Below, piece by piece: positions 40,523 through 52,251 of a stretch of DNA of 64,000 nt. Source of the stretch: a plasmid; sequence record CP113993.1. One strand, 5' to 3'. Positions within the stretch are counted from its first letter, which is position 1. The number at the start of each line of letters is the position of its first letter. The notes under the pieces are model-generated. The model was not told the origin of the DNA. It ran no database searches and worked only from the letters and a program-made list of their open reading frames with translations. Both the position numbers and the translations under genes were made by a program.

Positions 40523-42403
40523 TTACAGCGCAACCACCCGGTTGATTTCAACAACAAGATTACTGGGCAGATAATAGTAGTCGGTAACGTGAGCGCTGTT
40601 GCGTAGCATGATTCTGAAAATTTTCCGCTGCCAGGCAGGGAAAACGTTGTTTCGTTTTTTCAGCATCAAAGATTCATGACCAATGTAATAAGTCATTTTC
40701 TTGAAATTCATCTGGCAACGCTCGAACTCAGCGCCACTCAACAACTGAGGAATATTGGGATGTTCCATAAAACCATAGTGCGCGCTGCAGCACCACAAAC
40801 CAGAAGCTTTTTGAAGCAGGGTTAACCGGTTTTTTGAGGCGACATAAGGCACATCATCAATAAGAATGGTTAATAATAAAACATTATTGTGCAATGAGCC
40901 ATTACGCTCAACGTGCAGCCGCATAACTGATGGAACCCCGGTCACAGTACGGGAAAGAAACACCGCTGTTCCCGGTATTCTCGGGATCGCCTGTTCCTTG
41001 AGGGAATGCATAAAACCCGTAAGCGAAATCATGGAATCCTGTGTCTTCCGGTGGACAATATTGCTGCCCTTGTGCCAGATTTGCATCAGGGTGAAGATAA
41101 TTATAGCCAGCAGTAATGGAATATAACCGCCATCGATCAGTTTGGTCAGATTCGCGCACAGGAATAATAAATCAGTACACAGAAAAAAACCCGCGGTTAA
41201 CAGGCTGACAGGGAAGGGCCACTTCCAGATTTCTCTCATAGAGATAAACAACAATGACGATGTCAGAGCCATGGCGAGGGATACTGCAACACCGTAAGCT
41301 GAAGCCAGATTTTCTGAGGTCTTGAAAAAAATAGCCAGCAGCAGGGTGGCGGACATCAACATAAAATTGATGCTGCCAATGTAGATTTGGCCATAACTCT
41401 CCTTAGTGGTTTGCAGAATCTGCAGACGTGGCAACCAGTTCAGTTGAATGGCCTGCCGGGTCATAGAAAATGCGCCGCTTATCACAGCCTGACTGGCGAT
41501 GATGGTGGCCAGTGTGGCGAGAATCACCAGGGGAATTAACAACGGAGGTGGGCACAACAGATAGAAGATATTCTGGCTGTAATTGACGCCCGACAACACC
41601 ATCGCCGTTTGCCCCGCGTAATTCAGCAACAGGCTGGGAAACACAATACAAAACCATGCAAACCGGATCGGTTTACTCCCAAAGTGCCCCATATCCGCGT
41701 ACAGCGCTTCTGCCCCCGTCACACACAGAAAGACACCACTGAGCACTGCAAAATTTATGATGCCATGTCTCAGCAAATAGGTAACCGCATAGAGAGGATT
41801 GAGTGCTGACAGTACATCCGGATAGAGGAGTATGCCTCTGATACCCAGCAGGGCAATACAAAGAAACCATAACATCATTATCGGGGAAAACAGTTTACTG
41901 ATTTTAGCCGTCCCCAGATGCTGCAGGGCAAATAATAATAACAGAATTACTACAGCCGCAGGCAAAATATAGCGACTGAGTTGCGGCATCACCAGTTTGA
42001 CACCCTCAAGTGCGGAGAGTACGGAGATGGCTGGCGTAATCGCGCCGTCGCTGTAAATCAGTGCAGCACCAAACAGTGCAGCGATAACAATAGCAGGGCG
42101 GGAACGTTTATAGCAGCCCAGCAGTGACATTAATGCCAGAATACCACCTTCCCCATGGTTATCAAGTCGCATGACGCATAAGGCATACTTCAGTGAAGTT
42201 ATAATGACCATGGTCCAGAATATCAATGACAGTAACCCCAGAATCTCAGTAGCAACATGGGGATTACCGGCCAGGACCAGTACCGTTTTCATGGTATATA
42301 ACGGACTGGTACCAATGTCACCAAACACGATACCCAGAGCACAAAACGCCAGAGCAGGAAGGTGTTTACTGGTTGGTAAGTCGTTACCCTTATACTCTGC
42401 CAT
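40523..42403 (-). CDS. kup: KUP/HAK/KT family K+ uptake transporter
   Basis: 626 aa: ...ALGIVFGDIGTSPLYTMK... is the Kup signature, with about 12 TM segments and a cytoplasmic C-terminal domain. The gene is AT-rich. Confidence 0.9.
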   Translation of the reverse strand: MAEYKGNDLPTSKHLPALAFCALGIVFGDIGTSPLYTMKTVLVLAGNPHVATEILGLLSLIFWTMVIITSLKYALCVMRLDNHGEGGILALMSLLGCYKRSRPAIVIAALFGAALIYSDGAITPAISVLSALEGVKLVMPQLSRYILPAAVVILLLLFALQHLGTAKISKLFSPIMMLWFLCIALLGIRGILLYPDVLSALNPLYAVTYLLRHGIINFAVLSGVFLCVTGAEALYADMGHFGSKPIRFAWFCIVFPSLLLNYAGQTAMVLSGVNYSQNIFYLLCPPPLLIPLVILATLATIIASQAVISGAFSMTRQAIQLNWLPRLQILQTTKESYGQIYIGSINFMLMSATLLLAIFFKTSENLASAYGVAVSLAMALTSSLLFISMREIWKWPFPVSLLTAGFFLCTDLLFLCANLTKLIDGGYIPLLLAIIIFTLMQIWHKGSNIVHRKTQDSMISLTGFMHSLKEQAIPRIPGTAVFLSRTVTGVPSVMRLHVERNGSLHNNVLLLTILIDDVPYVASKNRLTLLQKASGLWCCSAHYGFMEHPNIPQLLSGAEFERCQMNFKKMTYYIGHESLMLKKRNNVFPAWQRKIFRIMLRNSAHVTDYYYLPSNLVVEINRVVAL

Positions 42404-44136
42404 TAAACAAATCCTTTTAGTAATACATCAACGGTTAACAATGCCTTTACTAAAGGCGAGCAACCTGAATGCTAAATTTTCTCATTTACATCATTTGTAA
42501 GTAGTCTGACGGATATAACAATGAAAATATGCCAGTAGCTGATATCAATAAGATATGGACCGTCACCGAGGCCTCGAATCTCACACCTACAACCTCTGAG
42601 TTAATTGCTCTGTCCAGATGAGCTGGTAACGCATAACTGATGGTGATTAGTATCACGCTCCCTATGGGCAAGAGATGATACACAGAACCAGTATCTGTTT
42701 CACTACCCGGAAATAAATCCCCTTCGGTCATGGCGATAGGTTCTGTGTCGTCATAGCCACATTATTTCTGACTCTTACCTACATTACACATAAAACAACC
42801 ATGATATCCTGGCTAAATTAACAAATGACAGTATATATGCCCCCCCTGCGGGTGTAACCGTAATTGCATTTTATGATGACACCATTGCGCAATATGTGGA
42901 AAAACGGTGTCATCAACCTGACATATCCATATCGGTGATAGATTATTTTATTTGTCCCACACGCTGTAGAATTATAAATTACATACACTCCATAGCAGTA
43001 CCGCTATGGAGTGGCAAGATACCAACTCGTTAAAAAATAACCTGAAAAGTTAAAAATCTTACCGTTTTAACGGTGTTGCCTCTTATCTGAACTGATGGGG
43101 GTTTTTTATACCTTTTTGTTCATAAATCCAGATATCCTCGATGCGACGGCTTAATGCTTCATAAAGATCATGCAGGGTGCTGACCCCCTCTTCATAATGT
43201 TGTGTGGCATACGGCACATCTGGCAAAACAGAAGCAGCACTGGTTCCATGTAATATTTCACCAAGAATTAACATAAAAAGTAATGGGAGTAAATGCACAT
43301 TCAATTTTTTAAATAAAACCGGATCGATAAAAAATAATTTACGGTTCATTGATACCTTTCCCGTTATAAACCACATTCATTTACAGCAAAACACTGCCTG
43401 GTATGTTAATCCTTATCTCCTGGGTATAATAGAGCACTACTATAAATGATAGTTTTCTCCATTATTGTCCTCTCCCTTGTCCAGCTCCTCTCATTCAGAT
43501 GCCCCCCAGTTAAGCAGGGGTACGTTCTCAGACACTATATCTCTCTATGCCCCTACACAGGAATGCCAGTATATTCCTAAACGCAGTAGTTTCAATAATA
43601 TATGGTAAAAAAACGAAATAAAAAAAGTAATAAACGAAACCAATTACACTTTATATTACTGATGTAACATCCTGACGAAAGAAAAATTATATAAAAGAAG
43701 AATATTTACAGGGGCAGATAATATAGACAATTATTATAATAATTGTAAAATATTGTTCAAATCATGAAAGGCAAAGCAGGCATGGTTCCGGGGAAAGCAG
43801 TCAGAAGCGCGCCTGTAGCACGAACACATCTCCCTGCTTTTTGCACAGTAAATGATTTATTTTCTGCTGATTGCTACAGAAATTATTACTATCTGTATGC
43901 TAAGCTAGCGTCAGGATTCGAGTTTTATCCAAGCCAGTAGCCCGGTTGCGCTACGTGAAAACGGGAAGGGTTACAGGGGTGTACCAGGCCTGAATTCACG
44001 TAGCGCTCCTTTTCTCTTACTTAATAGCGTCTCCCCTTTGACTTCCGCTCCAGTTCCCCCGTCTCCGCTCTGGCCCTCCCTGAAGCCCTCCGTGTCTGTC
44101 TTCGTGCAAGATCCTCTGTAATCCGTGATTTACGGT

Positions 44137-45022
44137 TCATTGCGATAAAAGGATCCATCTGGCCGGACCTGTATTCCTATAATCAGGGCATGTTCTGCGT
44201 GAAGACATTCCACCTAAGAAACTTTCCGCGCAGGCATTATCGTGGCAGTTACCCTCCGCGCTCATGCTGCCCTGAGATTGTGCCGTTTCAGCAGTACCTG
44301 ATATCTGCTGAGCAGTACTGACCGTCATGGACGGTGTGAACGATAACCTGTTCAGGTCGTCTGCGCCGCCACAGTACCATCTGCAACGCATCGCACGCCA
44401 GTTGTGGCGTCAGCCAGCCGATAACGACGCGTGACCACAGGTCGATGACCACGGCAAGATACTGCCAGCCTTCATCCGTGAGAAGATACATGATGTCGCT
44501 GGCGCAGAAGGCCTGCTTCAGCAGATTCTCTGACACCGGCAGGCCGTGTTCACGGTAACTGACCGGACTGAACCGGCGTGAGGCTTTTGCCCGCCCCCCC
44601 CTGCGGTAATGGTTTTGATATTGTACTCCGGCAGTTCATCAGCGAGGCGTGGTCGCTGTTTCGCCTCAGTAAATGCCTTACTAACAGCAGCACACAAATG
44701 AGCCGGAACGGCTGTTGCGGGCCTGGTTGGTGGCTGTGACGTCGCCAGACATACCAGCCGCTGCGGGCAACCCGAAGTACACGACACATGGTTTTGACAC
44801 TAAACTCAGTCCGATGCTTTTCGAAAAAGACATACTGTATTTCAGGCGCTTCGTGAAGTTTGTCGCGGCCTTTTGCAGGATGGCCAGTTCTTCATCCCGT
44901 TCAGGACAGGCGTTTTCGGCGACCAGTTCGCTCTCGCGTTCAGACGATGTCAGTTGCTGCTGCTGTTTGCTGCACCAGGCCTGGAATTGTGAATCGTACA
45001 GACTGAGCTGGCGGGCTACCAA
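44137..45022 (-). pseudogene. IS3-family element remnants (orfA with leucine zipper plus orfB pieces), multiply frameshifted
   Basis: The orfA-like piece reads ...ENACPERDEELAILQKAATNF... The orfB-like piece reads ...[16 protein letters not shown]...[16 protein letters not shown]... Confidence 0.5.
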
Positions 45023-45520
45023 TACGTTCTGCCAGCCTCAGGGCTTCCTGGTCGTTGATGCCGATTTGTCATGTGAGTCACCTCTGTCGGAGAGTTTACT
45101 CACTTAGTACCGTGTCCACTATTGGTGAGTAAGATCAAATATCCACTCCCTGCAGAACTCATCAGCTCACGTTTCCCGGCTTACAATCATTCCATGAGTG
45201 TCTTGCAGAGCACTTACACAGCCACGGCTACTTCGCTCATACAGGCCGGCCGGTTGGTCCCATAAGTTATCTCCTGTAACACGATCGCTCAGCACATGCT
45301 GTTCTGGCTCATACAGACAGAGGAAAAGCACGTCAGGGATCGTTTGATCTATGGATAGACTGTAGTTATCTGACGCAGGTTATACAGGGAAAAAGCGGAC
45401 AGGTTGGAACAGGTACATGGACAGTTATTCCATGCAGATGCTGTGTCACCGGCAACACGGGGAGGGGGTCCAGATGCTGGCCAGATATCGTGCGCAGCTT
45501 TTATATGGTCAGGATGTTTA

Positions 45521-45765
45521 TTGACTGAGGTATGTCAGACCACATATCACAGTCAACAATACGGCATGGAATCGGCGTACACCACATACCTCAGTCAATA
45601 TTTGCATACCTGCGAGGTTTTATACATGCGACAGTCAATTCTTTCAGGTCAGAATAAGGCTTAATAAAGCGAAATTATTTACTGTGGTATGCGAAACACA
45701 TATTACTGTCAATTTTCAGATATGCAGCATGCCACAATCAATATCTGCATACCCCAGTCAATGTT
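45521..45765. repeat. RepFIB iteron cluster upstream of repA (core CA(C/T)AT(A/C)(C/T)C(A/T)CAGTCAA)
   Basis: At least six copies in both orientations, for example cacatatcacagtcaacaat, cacatacctcagtcaatatt, cacatattactgtcaatttt and ccccagtcaatgtt. Confidence 0.6.
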
Positions 45766-46780
45766 TGGGGTTCATACTGGTGAGAGCTTCAGCTAGTTTT
45801 TTAGGATCAATACCGGCAGCTTCCAGGGCCTTGATTACTTCATCGTAATTCTGCTCCGGTTCCTTTTCCACTTTGTCCTTTCGCGGTGTTTTAACAGTAC
45901 TGCTGATGAGCTTAGGATTGCGATAATGAACGCTGAAGTAGGTTGCTCGTCCGCGCTTAAATTCTGTGTAGTCCAGATAACCGATATCCCTGAGTTGCTC
46001 CATCGCCTTACGGACCGTGTGGTTCTGCGTATAGACATTGGATGTGAGGTTCAGTCTGTCCCGCATACGCTTCATTGAGATAGGTGCCGGATTCTGCGGA
46101 AGACTCTCTATGTAGGTATACAGCGCTTGTGCAGATTCTTTTCTCTGGAGTGCATCAATAGCCTTCAGACGAAGAAGAACTCTTCTGTCCATATGATACA
46201 GCTCGAACAGCTTAGGCTCCGCCTTAATCTCAACAATATCTTCGTTAATGTCATAGAATGCCGACTGAACAAGATGGGTTGTCCAGCCTTTGGTTTCACT
46301 CTGGAACTGCAACGTCACCGAAGCCAGTTTGAATAAGGAATTACTGATGCGATCGCGCATTTTCTTGTTGGAACGCCGGGAATCAAAACCACACATTTTA
46401 ACAAACTCAACAAAGGACAGTTCCAGAGTGTCCTTTTTTACACCATACTCTGACATGGAACGAATGATCCCGAGCCAGACCTTAAAGTCTGTATCCATGT
46501 CAAGACGCGATCCTGTGATCCTAACATCCGTATACCCTTCACTCTTGGCGATAGACAGCTGTACAAGCTCCTCAGTCGCGTCTGTGACGTTTTTACGGTT
46601 CGCCTTGCTCTTCCCTGTCGATTTCAACGTGGGAACGAACAGCCCGAGTCGCATGAGGGCTACTGGCTGCACGGTACTTGTACTGTTGACATCCAACTTA
46701 ACAACTTCACCAGTTGTCTTATCCACTTCCTGCAGATTCAGAGGTAACTTATTATTTTCACTCGTCATTTTAGATCCCAA
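45758..46780 (-). CDS. repA: RepFIB replication initiator RepA
   Basis: ...[18 protein letters not shown]...HLVQSAFYD...[39 protein letters not shown]...[16 protein letters not shown]... aligns along its length with F/P307 RepFIB RepA. It is flanked by iterons. Confidence 0.85.
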   Translation of the reverse strand: MGSKMTSENNKLPLNLQEVDKTTGEVVKLDVNSTSTVQPVALMRLGLFVPTLKSTGKSKANRKNVTDATEELVQLSIAKSEGYTDVRITGSRLDMDTDFKVWLGIIRSMSEYGVKKDTLELSFVEFVKMCGFDSRRSNKKMRDRISNSLFKLASVTLQFQSETKGWTTHLVQSAFYDINEDIVEIKAEPKLFELYHMDRRVLLRLKAIDALQRKESAQALYTYIESLPQNPAPISMKRMRDRLNLTSNVYTQNHTVRKAMEQLRDIGYLDYTEFKRGRATYFSVHYRNPKLISSTVKTPRKDKVEKEPEQNYDEVIKALEAAGIDPKKLAEALTSMNPKH

Positions 46781-46805
46781 CGATTATCCACAAGGGCAAG
46801 TATAA

Positions 46806-47225
46806 ATGCATATCACAGTCAACGTAAATACATACCTCAGTAAATACCATTGCATATCACAGTATTAGAGACTACATATAGCAGTCAAGATATTACACAC
46901 TACAGTGAATGGAGACCCCTCCTGAGGCCAGATACGGTGCGGGCTTAAGGGATCCGAGGATCTCTTTATGATCTAAGTATGATCTCTTTAAGGATCATTT
47001 ATTGGATCGATCCTGTGGATAACGATCTGCCTGATGCTTAACAGAACGAGGGACTCCTCCGCCAGTCAATTGTTTTGATTCTGTTTCTGCCGAACAACAA
47101 GCGTTATAACTACTGATGATCCTTTTCAGAACCAGCCAATATTGACTGTAGTATGTAAACAAAAAATCCTTTCATTTTTTCATACCACAGTAAATAACTG
47201 CATATCACAGTCAATATTCACTCGC
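46806..47225. repeat. RepFIB iteron copies downstream of repA
   Basis: gcatatcacagtcaacg, catacctcagtaaata, gcatatcacagtattag, atagcagtcaag and ctgcatatcacagtcaatattc. A further ttgactgtaatatgc is at about 47355. Confidence 0.55.
46936..47035. promoter_or_regulatory. origin-type element: GATC cluster (oriC-13-mer-like gatctctttatgatc / gatctctttaaggatc) plus a DnaA box TTATCCACA (47014-47022)
   Basis: Read directly from the sequence, consistent with a RepFIB oriV between repA and sopA. Confidence 0.45.
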
Positions 47226-47413
47226 TCCTCTTACTCAGGAGTCTCAATCATACAAAAAGAGTTGAGATACGCTGAAAATTCAGCCTGATTCCCCTTCCTC
47301 AAAAGGTTGCCACACCATAACACAGCTTTCCCAACATACAACTGACCGATAAATTGACTGTAATATGCAAAATTATCTGCAATACGCGAAATACATGTTC
47401 AATAAACAAACAA

Positions 47414-47491
47414 CTTTGCGATTTCTATCATACTTTGCACTTTTATTGTTGCTTTGCATTAAATTTCAAGATTTAATAAAACTATGCAAAG
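47414..47491 (+). promoter_or_regulatory. sopA promoter/operator with four CTTTGC-motif SopA-binding repeats
   Basis: CTTTGC at 47414, 47433 and 47452, and inverted GCAAAG at 47486, immediately upstream of sopA as in F. Confidence 0.6.
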
Positions 47492-47513
47492 TAAAGATTA
47501 AAGGATATTCAGA

Positions 47514-48680
47514 ATGGGACTGATGGATACACTTGACCAGTGCATTTCAGCGGGTCACGAGATGACAAAAGCGATTGCGATTGCGCAATTTAATGATGAC
47601 AGCCCTGAAGCCAGACAAATTACACGTCGCTGGAGAATTGGTGAGGCAGCAGACTTAGTCGGAGTATCATCTCAGGCCATAAGAGATGCAGAGAAAGCAG
47701 GCCGATTACCACATCCTGATATGGAAACCCGAGGAAGAGTTGAACAACGTGTGGGTTATACCATTGAGCAAATTAACCATATGCGTGATGTATTTGGAAC
47801 CCGTCTACGCCGTCATGAAGATTCCTTTCCCCCTGTTATCAGTGTCGCAGCCCATAAAGGTGGTGTTTACAAAACCTCCGTTTCAGTCCATCTAGCTCAA
47901 AACCTCGCACTGAAAGGTTTACGTGTATTACTCGTTGAAGGCAATGATCCACAGGGAACAGCGTCCATGTATCACGGATGGGTACCTGATCTCCATATTC
48001 ATGCCGAAAATACATTACTCCCCTTCTATCTTGGTGAAAAAGATGATGCCGCTTATGCCATCAAACCAACATGCTGGCCTGGCCTCGATATCATCCCTTC
48101 CTGTCTGGCTCTGCATCGTATAGAAACAGAACTAATGGGAAAATTTGACGAAGGTAAGTTGCCTACAGATCCTCACCTGATGCTTCGCCTTGCTATCGAA
48201 ACCGTTGCGCATGATTATGATGTCATTGTGATAGACAGTGCACCTAATCTGGGTATTGGTACAATTAATGTTGTTTGCGCTGCTGATGTACTGATTGTTC
48301 CGACTCCGGCAGAATTATTTGATTACACATCTGCCCTCCAGTTCTTCGATATGCTACGTGATTTACTTAAGAATGTAGATCTGAAAGGCTTCGAACCCGA
48401 TGTCAGAATTCTTCTGACCAAATACAGCAATAATAACGGTTCACAGTCGCCCTGGATGGAAGAACAAATAAGAGATGCCTGGGGTAGTATGGTACTGAAA
48501 AATGTAGTACGTGAAACGGACGAAGTAGGTAAAGGACAAATTCGTATGAGGACTGTTTTTGAACAAGCTATTGATCAACGTTCTTCTACTGGAGCATGGC
48601 GAAATGCACTTTCAATTTGGGAACCTGTCTGTAATGAAATCTTCGATCGCCTGATTAAACCTCGTTGGGAGATTAGATAA
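47514..48680 (+). CDS. sopA: SopA (ParA-type Walker ATPase) plasmid partition protein
   Basis: 388 aa, essentially collinear with F-plasmid SopA (...[18 protein letters not shown]...[10 protein letters not shown]...). Confidence 0.95.
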   Translation: MGLMDTLDQCISAGHEMTKAIAIAQFNDDSPEARQITRRWRIGEAADLVGVSSQAIRDAEKAGRLPHPDMETRGRVEQRVGYTIEQINHMRDVFGTRLRRHEDSFPPVISVAAHKGGVYKTSVSVHLAQNLALKGLRVLLVEGNDPQGTASMYHGWVPDLHIHAENTLLPFYLGEKDDAAYAIKPTCWPGLDIIPSCLALHRIETELMGKFDEGKLPTDPHLMLRLAIETVAHDYDVIVIDSAPNLGIGTINVVCAADVLIVPTPAELFDYTSALQFFDMLRDLLKNVDLKGFEPDVRILLTKYSNNNGSQSPWMEEQIRDAWGSMVLKNVVRETDEVGKGQIRMRTVFEQAIDQRSSTGAWRNALSIWEPVCNEIFDRLIKPRWEIR

Positions 48681-49639
48681 TGAAACGCGCACCTGTCATT
48701 CCAAAACATACTGTTACTCCCCCCGTTGAGACGAGCCCTTCAGCGACATCAGCCGCCCCAATGGTGGATTCTTTAATTGCACGCGTCGGTGTTATGGCCA
48801 GAGGCAATTCAATCACGCTTCCTGTTTGTGGGAAAGAAGTCAAATTTACCCTTGAGGTTATACCTGCAGACTCAGTCGAAAGTACAACGTCTGTCTGGTC
48901 AGGGAATGAGCGCGACCAGGATCTTCTGACAGAAGATTCTCTTGACGACCTCATTCCTTCTTTTCTGCTGACTGGACAACAAACCCCCGCCTTTGGACGC
49001 CGGATGGCTGGAGTTGTTGAAGTCGCCGATGGGAGCCGCCGTCGTAAAGCCGCTATTCTCACCACCAGTGATTACAGAGTACTGGTAGGGGAGCTGGATG
49101 ACGAACAGATGGGGACATTATCCAGGCTGGGTAATGACTATCGCCCGACCAGTGCATATGAACGTGGTAAACGTTATGCGCACCGATTAGAACATGAATT
49201 TAATGGCAACATCTCCTGGTTAGCGGATGCTGAGAATATCTCCCGAAAGATTATCACGCGTTGTATTAATACTGCCCGGTTACCGAAATCGGTTGTTGCT
49301 CTCTTCAACCATCCCGGAGAATTATCCGCTCGTACAGGTGAATCATTATATAAAACATTCTCTGGCAAAGAGGAACAGCTGTTACAGCAGGCAGAGCGTT
49401 TACATGAGCGAAAAAAAGCTGGAGTTATGTTTGAAGCGGATGAGGTTATATCATTATTAACTGAGGTATTGAAGAAACCTGCAGGGAAAGAAACGACGAG
49501 TTCACGACATCAGTTTGCTCCCGGTGCTTCAGTGCTGTATAAAGGTGACAAAGTGACTGTTAATCTGGACAGAACACGTATTCCTGTTAGTTATATAGAG
49601 AAGATAGAAAACATTCTGAGAGAACTGGAGAAAAAATAA
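48680..49639 (+). CDS. sopB: SopB (ParB-type centromere-binding) partition protein
   Basis: 319 aa, collinear with F SopB (...[26 protein letters not shown]...). Its start overlaps the sopA stop. Confidence 0.95.
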   Translation: MKRAPVIPKHTVTPPVETSPSATSAAPMVDSLIARVGVMARGNSITLPVCGKEVKFTLEVIPADSVESTTSVWSGNERDQDLLTEDSLDDLIPSFLLTGQQTPAFGRRMAGVVEVADGSRRRKAAILTTSDYRVLVGELDDEQMGTLSRLGNDYRPTSAYERGKRYAHRLEHEFNGNISWLADAENISRKIITRCINTARLPKSVVALFNHPGELSARTGESLYKTFSGKEEQLLQQAERLHERKKAGVMFEADEVISLLTEVLKKPAGKETTSSRHQFAPGASVLYKGDKVTVNLDRTRIPVSYIEKIENILRELEKK

Positions 49640-49671
49640 ATATTTCATAAAGTTTAATTCTGATGATTGAT

Positions 49672-49705
49672 CGCTGTTCCTGACAAACAGCAATATTTTT
49701 TTCGC
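49672..49705 (+). terminator. candidate intrinsic terminator after sopB
   Basis: gctgtt(cctgac)aaacagc hairpin followed by aatatttttttcgc. Confidence 0.4.
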
Positions 49706-49871
49706 TCTGTTCCTGAGGTTCACTGGTCTGGATATTTTCCAGACCTTATGTTTTATTCAGACACGACCATTTGATATAACCCCTGAGTTGTATTTTATCT
49801 GTTCCAAAAGTCGACCAGATGCTAAGCTGCAAACATACTCCCACTGTGCTCTGAACCGCAAGATGAAAAGT

Positions 49872-50214
49872 TGGGACCATGGTCCCGGCCCCGCCTCTGC
49901 CCTTACACAGAAAAGATATAAATGACTCCGGATCATAAAAACTATGTGCCGATGATGTTGCGTTAACTGGTTCCCGGTCTTTAACTATTTTTTACCAGAA
50001 AGCTGTTATGAAGGCTCGTTTTGAGTAATGCCCCCTTCCCTGCTCTCCCTTACTTTGCTGAGGCACCATAGTAAAAGCTTTCTATCCCTCAGACTGCAGC
50101 ATTCTCAGCATTTTTAATGCTGAATAAAAAACGGTAGTACTACATGAAATGAAAGTATTCTGCAGGTTACGGAGTTCATCTCTCTCAGAAATCGATTGTG
50201 GGACCGTGGTCCCA
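49872..50214. repeat. two SopB-box palindromes (TGGGACCATGGTCCC at 49872-49886; TGGGACCGTGGTCCCA at 50199-50214), about 325 bp apart
   Basis: Near-perfect matches to the 16-bp F sopC core TGGGACCACGGTCCCA, but not embedded in 43-bp tandem repeats. Confidence 0.6.
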
Positions 50215-50748
50215 GCTTATTCACTGTTGCTATACTGCCGTATCGGGTACCTGCATTTTGTATCTCCGTACATTGAATTTGTTTTCGTTGATTACATCGC
50301 TGGTTACGCTTTCAGCCCATCTTCCAGTATTCTCCTGACCGATCATGTCCGGAGATGTCAGTTAAGGGGGACTGCATGTCGATCTTCCTTTTTATAATAC
50401 TCCGGGCTGGCTGACATATTTACTATCCAGAGTTCCATGGGGAGCAGAGACTATAAACAGACGGGGGCGATACAGCTGTGAATATTTACGTACGGAATAC
50501 GTAAATTTGATTCTCTGGTTTCCTTTATAGAGTCACATGTTACATCATCTTTACGGGTAGTACTGAATAAACTGTGTTTAATATAACGTTAAATTGCTGA
50601 TAAAAAATACAGGGAAGGCAGGGGCCATGTAACTGTCAGTATTATTATCCGGACATAAGATTGCTGTAGTGTTGTCAGGGTGACTATTCCCGGTTCTGTC
50701 GGGAGAGGTTTCCTGCCTCTCAGGCCGCAACCGTCAGAGTGTCAAGGG

Positions 50749-50991
50749 TTACGCTGGCCTCCATGGGCTGAGATAATGAGTCCTGCCACCTGTAATTACG
50801 GTAAGCCCTTGCTTCGTTATGTTGAGTGCCGCATTGATATCGCGGTTATGTTCAACACCATATTCAGGACACGGCCAGATGCGCTGATGAAGTGGCATCT
50901 CCAGCATTCTGTAACCGCAACAGTGGCTGGTTTCGGACTGGTAACCACTGGTAAGGTTCATTAGGTGAGTGTTTTTTCTGCTTTCCTGCAT
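50749..50991 (-). pseudogene. TnpB-like C-terminal zinc-finger fragment
   Basis: ...HCCGYRMLEMPLHQRIWPCPEYGVEHNRDINAALNI... has the CxxC...CxxC plus RDxNAAxNI pattern of IS605 OrfB C-termini. Confidence 0.4.
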
Positions 50992-51356
50992 TCCCGTTGC
51001 CAGTTAGCATCCTCGATAGCGTAAGCATGGTTATATTTTTCATCATATTGGGTATTTGCAGTGTCTCTACAATTATCGCCAGATTTTCGTCGACAATAAT
51101 AGCGCAACATGGAACGCCCACCGGTGTAACCCATCGCTTTAATTTCTGCAAGGATGACCTCGCCATTCCAGATATTTTCCGCCAGGTGCGTGTCGATATA
51201 GTCCATGAACGGCTTCAGTTTAGCCATTTTGTGGCGCGTTTTTCTGGCCGGCGGCTCAGGGTATTTAAGATACCGTCTGACAGTACGCTCAGAGCAACCC
51301 ACCTGAGTTGCAATGTCGATAATGGACGCACCCTGCTTGTGCATTTGCTTTATCAT
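50961..51356 (-). pseudogene. HTH-containing transposase N-terminal fragment (IS21 IstA-like)
   Basis: MIKQMHKQGASIIDIATQVGCSERTVRRYLKYPEPP... is an N-terminal HTH like that of IS21-family IstA. It is only 131 aa and has no DDE domain. Confidence 0.4.
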
Positions 51357-52195
51357 GTAAAAGTCCTCTCAGCTCAGCATGTCGATGTCCTTTCTGGTGT
51401 GAGAACCTTAAGGAAACAACATGTTGGGCGGAGCGGACAATTCAAATAGTGAATTACTGTCTTATATTAGTGGCGCTAAAAACGAGAGAGTTTGTGTTGA
51501 AAATCAATGTGGGTACTGGCTTCCCCGTTCGTGTAATGTGCCAGTCGTAATCTGTGACGCAAGCAAAAAGCGTTGTCCCGTAAGAAAAAGCGTAAAGGTA
51601 ATCCTGTCACCCTGTTTTCAATGTGTTGTTCTTTCTTGACATTAATGGAAAAAAGTGTTTTGTGGGACACTACATATAACCCGACTACGGGTCATAAATA
51701 TATTGATTTCGCGCAATGTCCTTATATTCATAGATAAGTCAGTCATCCCCGGTAGCCGGTATGTCTTAGCGTCAAGCCGGAAGACATCGGCAAGAGACTG
51801 ATATTACAAATAATAAGAACAATAATAATGCAAAAATATCACTCCTGTACCGTTAATATTAATATTACGATGAGCTTTTTAGAAAGCTGTCTGACGGCTT
51901 TATAAAGCTACAGGTGATACACCACTTCTGATAGTATCAACTATGTGCGTCAGAGATAACCGCAAGTCGAAACAAACATGGCAACGACTATTCTTCTTCA
52001 TACATAAGGATGAAAAAACAACAGATTTCGTATCATCGTGTGCCCACGAATGCAAGATCTGAGAGTGCCGGAGAGACAATGCAGGAGTAATAATGTTTAG
52101 TGTGTCTGAATAATTACTATATATAGTATTCTACTGGGGTTTATGCATTCACATAGCCAGCAGTGCTGGCGATCGAGTTCTACTGAGGATTTACT

Positions 52196-52251
52196 GAGAC
52201 CATGGTCCCAGCTCGCTTGACTGGAAAGCGTCAGATGGGACCACGGTCCCA
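52196..52251. repeat. two further SopB-box palindromes (GAGACCATGGTCCCA at 52196-52210; TGGGACCACGGTCCCA at 52236-52251)
   Basis: The second copy is identical to the F sopC core. They are 2.5 kb from sopB and separated from the first pair by IS debris. Confidence 0.55.

Noticed and set aside
49640-50750. Looked for a canonical F-type sopC array (12 tandem 43-bp repeats) immediately after sopB
   Set aside because: No 43-bp periodicity was visible, only isolated SopB-box palindromes. These are reported instead as dispersed boxes.
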